Part shown: piece after piece, positions 52,601-64,000 of the stretch
Layout of the letters: each line of letters starts with the position of its first letter
How positions within the stretch are numbered: position 1 is the first letter of the stretch
Source of the DNA: Nemertoderma westbladi
Taxonomy: Eukaryota; Animalia; Xenacoelomorpha
Direction: 5' to 3'
Assembly (NCBI GenBank): GCA_032718475.1
Contig: JAUCBJ010000472.1
Location: forward strand, 35,039-99,038
DNA length: 64,000 nucleotides
Translations under genes and position numbers: made by a program
The notes under the pieces: model-generated
The model's database searches: none
Told to the model about the DNA's origin: nothing
Seen by the model: only the letters and a program-made list of their open reading frames with translations

Positions 52601-55600
52601 TACCAACTACAATAACAACTGGAATGAACGAGTAGTGAATGGGTAGATGTTCAGAATTACAATAACAACTGGAATGAACGAGTAGTGAATGGGTAGGTGT
52701 ACCAACTACAATAACAACTGGAATGAACGAGTAGTGAATGGGTAGATGTTCAGAATTACAATAACAACTGGAATGGACGAGTAGTGAATGGGTAGGTGTA
52801 CCAACTACAATAACAACTGGAATAAACGAGTAGTGAATGGGTAGGTGTACCAACTACAATAACAACTGGAATGAACGAGTAGTGAATGGGTAGATGTTCA
52901 GAATTACAATAACAACTGGAATGGACGAGTAGTGAATGGGTAGGTGTACCAACTACAATAACAACTGGAATAAACGAGTAGTGAATGGGTAGGTGTACCA
53001 ACTACAATAACAACTGGAATGAACGAGTAGTGAATGGGTAGATGTTCAGAATTACAATAACAACTGGAATGAACGAGTAGTGAATGGGTAGGTGTACCAA
53101 CTACAATAACAACTGGAATAAACGAGTAGTGAATGGGTAGGTGTACCAACTACAATAACAACTGGAATAAACGAGTAGTGAATGGGTAGGTGTACCAACT
53201 ACAATAACAACTGGAATAAACGAGTAGTGAATGGGTAGGTGTACCAACTACAATAACAACTGGAATAAACGAGTAGTGAATGGGTAGGTGTACCAACTAC
53301 AATAACAACTGGAATAAACGAGTAGTGAATGGGTAGGTGTACCAACTACAATAACAACTGGAATAAACGAGTAGTGAATGGGTAGGTGTACCAACTACAA
53401 TAACAACTGGAATGAACGAGTAGTGAATGGGTAGATGTTCAGAATTACAATAACAACTGGAATGGACGAGTAGTGAATGGGTAGGTGTACCAACTACAAT
53501 AACAACTGGAATGAACGAGTAGTGAATGGGTAGATGTTCAGAATTACAATAACAACTGGAATGAACGAGTAGTGAATGGGTAGGTGTACCAACTACAATA
53601 ACAACTGGAATAAACGAGTAGTGAATGGGTAGGTGTACCAACTACAATAACAACTGGAATGAACGAGTAGTGAATGGGTAGGTGTACCAACTACAATAAC
53701 AACTGGAATGAACGAGTAGTGAATGGGTAGATGTTCAGAATTACAATAACAACTGGAATGAACGAGTAGTGAATGGGTAGGTGTACCAACTACAATAACA
53801 ACTGGAATAAACGAGTAGTGAATGGGTAGGTGTACCAACTACAATAACAACTGGAATAAACGAGTAGTGAATGGGTAGGTGTACCAACTACAATAACAAC
53901 TGGAATGAACGAGTAGTGAATGGGTAGGTGTACCAACTACAATAACAACTGGAATAAACGAGTAGTGAATGGGTAGATGTTCAGAATTACAATAACAACT
54001 GGAATGGACGAGTAGTGAATGGGTAGATGTTCAGAATTACAATAACAACTGGAATGAACGAGTAGTGAATGGGTAGGTGTACCAACTACAATAACAACTG
54101 GAATAAACGAGTAGTGAATGGGTAGGTGTACCAACTACAATAACAACTGGAATAAACGAGTAGTGAATGGGTAGGTGTACCAACTACAATAACAACTGGA
54201 ATAAACGAGTAGTGAATGGGTAGGTGTACCAACTACAATAACAACTGGAATAAACGAGTAGTGAATGGGTAGGTGTACCAACTACAATAACAACTGGAAT
54301 AAACGAGTAGTGAATGGGTAGATGTTCAGAATTACAATAACAACTGGAATGAACGAGTAGTGAATGGGTAGGTGTACCAACTACAATAACAACTGGAATA
54401 AACGAGTAGTGAATGGGTAGGTGTACCAACTACAATAACAACTGGAATAAACGAGTAGTGAATGGGTAGGTGTACCAACTACAATAACAACTGGAATAAA
54501 CGAGTAGTGAATGGGTAGATGTTCAGAATTACAATAACAACTGGAATGAACGAGTAGTGAATGGGTAGGTGTACCAACTACAATAACAACTGGAATAAAC
54601 GAGTAGTGAATGGGTAGGTGTACCAACTACAATAACAACTGGAATAAACGAGTAGTGAATGGGTAGGTGTACCAACTACAATAACAACTGGAATAAACGA
54701 GTAGTGAATGGGTAGATGTTCAGAATTACAATAACAACTGGAATGAACGAGTAGTGAATGGGTAGATGTTCAGAATTACAATAACAACTGGAATGAACGA
54801 GTAGTGAATGGGTAGGTGTACCAACTACAATAACAACTGGAATAAACGAGTAGTGAATGGGTAGGTGTACCAACTACAATAACAACTGGAATGAACGAGT
54901 AGTGAATGGGTAGATGTTCAGAATTACAATAACAACTGGAATAAACGAGTAGTGAATGGGTAGGTGTACCAACTACAATAACAACTGGAATAAACGAGTA
55001 GTGAATGGGTAGGTGTACCAACTACAATAACAACTGGAATGAACGAGTAGTGAATGGGTAGGTGTACCAACTACAATAACAACTGGAATAAACGAGTAGT
55101 GAATGGGTAGGTGTACCAACTACAATAACAACTGGAATAAACGAGTAGTGAATGGGTAGGTGTACCAACTACAATAACAACTGGAATGAACGAGTAGTGA
55201 ATGGGTAGGTGTACCAACTACAATAACAACTGGAATGAACGAGTAGTGAATGGGTAGGTGTACCAACTACAATAACAACTGGAATGAACGAGTAGTGAAT
55301 GGGTAGGTGTACCAACTACAATAACAACTGGAATAAACGAGTAGTGAATGGGTAGGTGTACCAACTACAATAACAACTGGAATGAACGAGTAGTGAATGG
55401 GTAGATGTTCAGAATTACAATAACAACTGGAATGAACGAGTAGTGAATGGGTAGATGTTCAGAATTACAATAACAACTGGAATGAACGAGTAGTGAATGG
55501 GTAGGTGTACCAACTACAATAACAACTGGAATAAACGAGTAGTGAATGGGTAGGTGTACCAACTACAATAACAACTGGAATGAACGAGTAGTGAATGGGT

Positions 55601-58600
55601 AGGTGTACCAACTACAATAACAACTGGAATAAACGAGTAGTGAATGGGTAGGTGTACCAACTACAATAACAACTGGAATAAACGAGTAGTGAATGGGTAG
55701 ATGTTCAGAATTACAATAACAACTGGAATGAACGAGTAGTGAATGGGTAGGTGTACCAACTACAATAACAACTGGAATAAACGAGTAGTGAATGGGTAGG
55801 TGTACCAACTACAATAACAACTGGAATGAACGAGTAGTGAATGGGTAGGTGTACCAACTACAATAACAACTGGAATAAACGAGTAGTGAATGGGTAGGTG
55901 TACCAACTACAATAACAACTGGAATAAACGAGTAGTGAATGGGTAGGTGTACCAACTACAATAACAACTGGAATAAACGAGTAGTGAATGGGTAGGTGTA
56001 CCAACTACAATAACAACTGGAATAAACGAGTAGTGAATGGGTAGGTGTACCAACTACAATAACAACTGGAATAAACGAGTAGTGAATGGGTAGGTGTACC
56101 AACTACAATAACAACTGGAATGAACGAGTAGTGAATGGGTAGATGTTCAGAATTACAATAACAACTGGAATGAACGAGTAGTGAATGGGTAGGTGTACCA
56201 ACTACAATAACAACTGGAATAAACGAGTAGTGAATGGGTAGGTGTACCAACTACAATAACAACTGGAATAAACGAGTAGTGAATGGGTAGGTGTACCAAC
56301 TACAATAACAACTGGAATGAACGAGTAGTGAATGGGTAGGTGTACCAACTACAATAACAACTGGAATAAACGAGTAGTGAATGGGTAGATGTTCAGAATT
56401 ACAATAACAACTGGAATGGACGAGTAGTGAATGGGTAGATGTTCAGAATTACAATAACAACTGGAATGAACGAGTAGTGAATGGGTAGGTGTACCAACTA
56501 CAATAACAACTGGAATAAACGAGTAGTGAATGGGTAGGTGTACCAACTACAATAACAACTGGAATAAACGAGTAGTGAATGGGTAGGTGTACCAACTACA
56601 ATAACAACTGGAATAAACGAGTAGTGAATGGGTAGGTGTACCAACTACAATAACAACTGGAATAAACGAGTAGTGAATGGGTAGGTGTACCAACTACAAT
56701 AACAACTGGAATAAACGAGTAGTGAATGGGTAGATGTTCAGAATTACAATAACAACTGGAATGAACGAGTAGTGAATGGGTAGGTGTACCAACTACAATA
56801 ACAACTGGAATAAACGAGTAGTGAATGGGTAGGTGTACCAACTACAATAACAACTGGAATAAACGAGTAGTGAATGGGTAGGTGTACCAACTACAATAAC
56901 AACTGGAATAAACGAGTAGTGAATGGGTAGATGTTCAGAATTACAATAACAACTGGAATGAACGAGTAGTGAATGGGTAGGTGTACCAACTACAATAACA
57001 ACTGGAATAAACGAGTAGTGAATGGGTAGGTGTACCAACTACAATAACAACTGGAATAAACGAGTAGTGAATGGGTAGGTGTACCAACTACAATAACAAC
57101 TGGAATAAACGAGTAGTGAATGGGTAGATGTTCAGAATTACAATAACAACTGGAATGGACGAGTAGTGAATGGGTAGATGTTCAGAATTACAATAACAAC
57201 TGGAATAAACGAGTAGTGAATGGGTAGGTGTACCAACTACAATAACAACTGGAATAAACGAGTAGTGAATGGGTAGGTGTACCAACTACAATAACAACTG
57301 GAATGAACGAGTAGTGAATGGGTAGATGTTCAGAATTACAATAACAACTGGAATGAACGAGTAGTGAATGGGTAGGTGTACCAACTACAATAACAACTGG
57401 AATAAACGAGTAGTGAATGGGTAGGTGTACCAACTACAATAACAACTGGAATGAACGAGTAGTGAATGGGTAGGTGTACCAACTACAATAACAACTGGAA
57501 TGAACGAGTAGTGAATGGGTAGGTGTACCAACTACAATAACAACTGGAATAAACGAGTAGTGAATGGGTAGGTGTACCAACTACAATAACAACTGGAATG
57601 AACGAGTAGTGAATGGGTAGATGTTCAGAATTACAATAACAACTGGAATAAACGAGTAGTGAATGGGTAGGTGTACCAACTACAATAACAACTGGAATAA
57701 ACGAGTAGTGAATGGGTAGGTGTACCAACTACAATAACAACTGGAATGAACGAGTAGTGAATGGGTAGGTGTACCAACTACAATAACAACTGGAATGAAC
57801 GAGTAGTGAATGGGTAGGTGTACCAACTACAATAACAACTGGAATAAACGAGTAGTGAATGGGTAGGTGTACCAACTACAATAACAACTGGAATGAACGA
57901 GTAGTGAATGGGTAGATGTTCAGAATTACAATAACAACTGGAATAAACGAGTAGTGAATGGGTAGGTGTACCAACTACAATAACAACTGGAATGAACGAG
58001 TAGTGAATGGGTAGGTGTACCAACTACAATAACAACTGGAATAAACGAGTAGTGAATGGGTAGGTGTACCAACTACAATAACAACTGGAATAAACGAGTA
58101 GTGAATGGGTAGGTGTACCAACTACAATAACAACTGGAATAAACGAGTAGTGAATGGGTAGGTGTACCAACTACAATAACAACTGGAATGAACGAGTAGT
58201 GAATGGGTAGGTGTACCAACTACAATAACAACTGGAATGAACGAGTAGTGAATGGGTAGGTGTACCAACTACAATAACAACTGGAATAAACGAGTAGTGA
58301 ATGGGTAGGTGTACCAACTACAATAACAACTGGAATGAACGAGTAGTGAATGGGTAGGTGTACCAACTACAATAACAACTGGAATAAACGAGTAGTGAAT
58401 GGGTAGGTGTACCAACTACAATAACAACTGGAATGAACGAGTAGTGAATGGGTAGGTGTACCAACTACAATAACAACTGGAATAAACGAGTAGTGAATGG
58501 GTAGGTGTACCAACTACAATAACAACTGGAATAAACGAGTAGTGAATGGGTAGGTGTACCAACTACAATAACAACTGGAATAAACGAGTAGTGAATGGGT

Positions 58601-61600
58601 AGGTGTACCAACTACAATAACAACTGGAATGAACGAGTAGTGAATGGGTAGATGTTCAGAATTACAATAACAACTGGAATAAACGAGTAGTGAATGGGTA
58701 GGTGTACCAACTACAATAACAACTGGAATAAACGAGTAGTGAATGGGTAGGTGTACCAACTACAATAACAACTGGAATAAACGAGTAGTGAATGGGTAGG
58801 TGTACCAACTACAATAACAACTGGAATAAACGAGTAGTGAATGGGTAGGTGTACCAACTACAATAACAACTGGAATAAACGAGTAGTGAATGGGTAGGTG
58901 TACCAACTACAATAACAACTGGAATAAACGAGTAGTGAATGGGTAGGTGTACCAACTACAATAACAACTGGAATAAACGAGTAGTGAATGGGTAGGTGTA
59001 CCAACTACAATAACAACTGGAATAAACGAGTAGTGAATGGGTAGGTGTACCAACTACAATAACAACTGGAATAAACGAGTAGTGAATGGGTAGGTGTACC
59101 AACTACAATAACAACTGGAATAAACGAGTAGTGAATGGGTAGGTGTACCAACTACAATAACAACTGGAATAAACGAGTAGTGAATGGGTAGGTGTACCAA
59201 CTACAATAACAACTGGAATAAACGAGTAGTGAATGGGTAGGTGTACCAACTACAATAACAACTGGAATGAACGAGTAGTGAATGGGTAGGTGTACCAACT
59301 ACAATAACAACTGGAATAAACGAGTAGTGAATGGGTAGGTGTACCAACTACAATAACAACTGGAATAAACGAGTAGTGAATGGGTAGGTGTACCAACTAC
59401 AATAACAACTGGAATAAACGAGTAGTGAATGGGTAGATGTTCAGAATTACAATAACAACTGGAATAAACGAGTAGTGAATGGGTAGGTGTACCAACTACA
59501 ATAACAACTGGAATAAACGAGTAGTGAATGGGTAGGTGTACCAACTACAATAACAACTGGAATAAACGAGTAGTGAATGGGTAGGTGTACCAACTACAAT
59601 AACAACTGGAATAAACGAGTAGTGAATGGGTAGGTGTACCAACTACAATAACAACTGGAATGAACGAGTAGTGAATGGGTAGGTGTACCAACTACAATAA
59701 CAACTGGAATAAACGAGTAGTGAATGGGTAGGTGTACCAACTACAATAACAACTGGAATAAACGAGTAGTGAATGGGTAGGTGTACCAACTACAATAACA
59801 ACTGGAATAAACGAGTAGTGAATGGGTAGGTGTTCAGAATTACAATAACAACTGGAATAAACGAGTAGTGAATGGGTAGGTGTACCAACTACAATAACAA
59901 CTGGAATAAACGAGTAGTGAATGGGTAGGTGTACCAACTACAATAACAACTGGAATAAACGAGTAGTGAATGGGTAGGTGTACCAACTACAATAACAACT
60001 GGAATAAACGAGTAGTGAATGGGTAGGTGTACCAACTACAATAACAACTGGAATAAACGAGTAGTGAATGGGTAGGTGTACCAACTACAATAACAACTGG
60101 AATAAACGAGTAGTGAATGGGTAGGTGTACCAACTACAATAACAACTGGAATAAACGAGTAGTGAATGGGTAGGTGTACCAACTACAATAACAACTGGAA
60201 TAAACGAGTAGTGAATGGGTAGGTGTACAGAACTACAATAACAACTGGAATAAACGAGTAGTGAATGGGTAGGTGTACCAACTACAATAACAACTGGAAT
60301 AAACGAGTAGTGAATGGGTAGGTGTACCAACTACAATAACAACTGGAATAAACGAGTAGTGAATGGGTAGGTGTACCAACTACAATAACAACTGGAATAA
60401 ACGAGTAGTGAATGGGTAGGTGTACCAACTACAATAACAACTGGAATAAACGAGTAGTGAATGGGTAGGTGTACCAACTACAATAACAACTGGAATAAAC
60501 GAGTAGTGAATGGGTAGGTGTTCCAACTACAATAACAACTGGAATAAACGAGTAGTGAATGGGTAGGTGTACCAACTACAATAACAACTGGAATAAACGA
60601 GTAGTGAATGGGTAGGTGTACCAACTACAATAACAACTGGAATAAACGAGTAGTGAATGGGTAGGTGTACCAACTACAATAACAACTGGAATAAACGAGT
60701 AGTGAATGGGTAGGTGTACCAACTACAATAACAACTGGAATAAACGAGTAGTGAATGGGTAGGTGTACCAACTACAATAACAACTGGAATAAACGAGTAG
60801 TGAATGGGTAGGTGTACCAACTACAATAACAACTGGAATAAACGAGTAGTGAATGGGTAGGTGTACCAACTACAATAACAACTGGAATAAACGAGTAGTG
60901 AATGGGTAGGTGTACCAACTACAATAACAACTGGAATAAACGAGTAGTGAATGGGTAGGTGTACCAACTACAATAACAACTGGAATAAACGAGTAGTGAA
61001 TGGGTAGGTGTACCAACTACAATAACAACTGGAATAAACGAGTAGTGAATGGGTAGGTGTACCAACTACAATAACAACTGGAATAAACGAGTAGTGAATG
61101 GGTAGGTGTACCAACTACAATAACAACTGGAATAAACGAGTAGTGAATGGGTAGGTGTACCAACTACAATAACAACTGGAATAAACGAGTAGTGAATGGG
61201 TAGGTGTACCAACTACAATAACAACTGGAATAAACGAGTAGTGAATGGGTAGGTGTACCAACTACAATAACAACTGGAATAAACGAGTAGTGAATGGGTA
61301 GGTGTACCAACTACAATAACAACTGGAATAAACGAGTAGTGAATGGGTAGGTGTACCAACTACAATAACAACTGGAATAAACGAGTAGTGAATGGGTAGG
61401 TGTACCAACTACAATAACAACTGGAATAAACGAGTAGTGAATGGGTAGGTGTACCAACTACAATAACAACTGGAATAAACGAGTAGTGAATGGGTAGGTG
61501 TACCAACTACAATAACAACTGGAATAAACGAGTAGTGAATGGGTAGGTGTACCAACTACAATAACAACTGGAATAAACGAGTAGTGAATGGGTAGGTGTA

Positions 61601-64000
61601 CCAACTACAATAACAACTGGAATAAACGAGTAGTGAATGGGTAGGTGTACCAACTACAATAACAACTGGAATAAACGAGTAGTGAATGGGTAGGTGTACC
61701 AACTACAATAACAACTGGAATAAACGAGTAGTGAATGGGTAGGTGTACCAACTACAATAACAACTGGAATAAACGAGTAGTGAATGGGTAGGTGTACCAA
61801 CTACAATAACAACTGGAATAAACGAGTAGTGAATGGGTAGGTGTACCAACTACAATAACAACTGGAATAAACGAGTAGTGAATGGGTAGGTGTACCAACT
61901 ACAATAACAACTGGAATAAACGAGTAGTGAATGGGTAGGTGTACCAACTACAATAACAACTGGAATAAACGAGTAGTGAATGGGTAGGTGTACCAACTAC
62001 AATAACAACTGGAATAAACGAGTAGTGAATGGGTAGGTGTACCAACTACAATAACAACTGGAATAAACGAGTAGTGAATGGGTAGGTGTACCAACTACAA
62101 TAACAACTGGAATAAACGAGTAGTGAATGGGTAGGTGTACCAACTACAATAACAACTGGAATAAACGAGTAGTGAATGGGTAGGTGTACCAACTACAATA
62201 ACAACTGGAATAAACGAGTAGTGAATGGGTAGGTGTACCAACTACAATAACAACTGGAATAAACGAGTAGTGAATGGGTAGGTGTACCAACTACAATAAC
62301 AACTGGAATAAACGAGTAGTGAATGGGTAGGTGTACCAACTACAATAACAACTGGAATAAACGAGTAGTGAATGGGTAGGTGTACCAACTACAATAACAA
62401 CTGGAATAAACGAGTAGTGAATGGGTAGGTGTACCAACTACAATAACAACTGGAATAAACGAGTAGTGAATGGGTAGGTGTACCAACTACAATAACAACT
62501 GGAATAAACGAGTAGTGAATGGGTAGGTGTACCAACTACAATAACAACTGGAATAAACGAGTAGTGAATGGGTAGGTGTACCAACTACAATAACAACTGG
62601 AATAAACGAGTAGTGAATGGGTAGGTGTACCAACTACAATAACAACTGGAATAAACGAGTAGTGAATGGGTAGGTGTACCAACTACAATAACAACTGGAA
62701 TAAACGAGTAGTGAATGGGTAGGTGTACCAACTACAATAACAACTGGAATAAACGAGTAGTGAATGGGTAGGTGTACCAACTACAATAACAACTGGAATA
62801 AACGAGTAGTGAATGGGTAGGTGTACCAACTACAATAACAACTGGAATAAACGAGTAGTGAATGGGTAGGTGTACCAACTACAATAACAACTGGAATAAA
62901 CGAGTAGTGAATGGGTAGGTGTACCAACTACAATAACAACTGGAATAAACGAGTAGTGAATGGGTAGGTGTACCAACTACAATAACAACTGGAATAAACG
63001 AGTAGTGAATGGGTAGGTGTACCAACTACAATAACAACTGGAATAAACGAGTAGTGAATGGGTAGGTGTACCAACTACAATAACAACTGGAATAAACGAG
63101 TAGTGAATGGGTAGGTGTACCAACTACAATAACAACTGGAATAAACGAGTAGTGAATGGGTAGGTGTACCAACTACAATAACAACTGGAATAAACGAGTA
63201 GTGAATGGGTAGGTGTACCAACTACAATAACAACTGGAATAAACGAGTAGTGAATGGGTAGGTGTACCAACTACAATAACAACTGGAATAAACGAGTAGT
63301 GAATGGGTAGGTGTACCAACTACAATAACAACTGGAATAAACGAGTAGTGAATGGGTAGGTGTACCAACTACAATAACAACTGGAATAAACGAGTAGTGA
63401 ATGGGTAGGTGTACCAACTACAATAACAACTGGAATAAACGAGTAGTGAATGGGTAGGTGTACCAACTACAATAACAACTGGAATAAACGAGTAGTGAAT
63501 GGGTAGGTGTACCAACTACAATAACAACTGGAATAAACGAGTAGTGAATGGGTAGGTGTACCAACTACAATAACAACTGGAATAAACGAGTAGTGAATGG
63601 GTAGGTGTACCAACTACAATAACAACTGGAATAAACGAGTAGTGAATGGGTAGGTGTACCAACTACAATAACAACTGGAATGAACGAGTAGTGAATGGGT
63701 AGGTGTACCAACTACAATAACAACTGGAATAAACGAGTAGTGAATGGGTAGGTGTACCAACTACAATAACAACTGGAATAAACGAGTAGTGAATGGGTAG
63801 GTGTACCAACTACAATAACAACTGGAATAAACGAGTAGTGAATGGGTAGATGTACCAACTACAATAACAACTGGAATAAACGAGTAGTGAATGGGTAGGT
63901 GTACCAACTACAATAACAACTGGAATGGACGAGTAGTGAATGGGTAGGTGTACCAACTACAATAACAACTGGAATAAACGAGTAGTGATTGGGTAGGTGT
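22626..64000 (+). repeat. 49-bp satellite array (AGGTGTACCAACTACAATAACAACTGGAATAAACGAGTAGTGAATGGGT), ~840 units, >41 kb, runs off the window
   Basis: Continuous, uninterrupted head-to-tail units. The first five are 46 bp; interspersed 50-bp variants occur. Confidence 0.99.

Noticed and set aside
25760-60330. More than 100 minus-strand ORFs (MVHLPIHYSFIPVVIVVG...)
   Set aside because: Artefacts of translating the 49/50-bp satellite; useful only as markers of 50-bp variant units.
22626-64000. CRISPR array
   Set aside because: No unique spacers, no cas genes, and a eukaryotic intron-containing context.

Overview
AT-rich invertebrate-animal genomic DNA with spliceosomal introns; nothing prokaryotic. 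1-5.7 kb holds transposon debris: a LINE 3' end, a DD35D pogo transposase and an RTE fragment. 5.7-8.5 kb holds the 3' exons of a pentameric ligand-gated ion channel, probably Cys-less type. 18.2-22.67 kb holds six splice-phase-consistent exons of a peptidylglycine alpha-hydroxylating monooxygenase (PHM/PAM-like) gene. From 22.6 kb to the window end lies a >41 kb array of ~840 copies of a 49-bp unit. Main observation: this satellite is an amplified copy of the last 44 nt of PHM exon 6 plus its 5' splice donor. The 57-bp and 25-bp arrays in the channel gene are also amplified exon-end/donor junctions, and the 28/32-bp array probably is too. Tandem arrays here appear to be born repeatedly at 5' splice sites. 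All translations and coordinates were derived by hand; no database searches were run.
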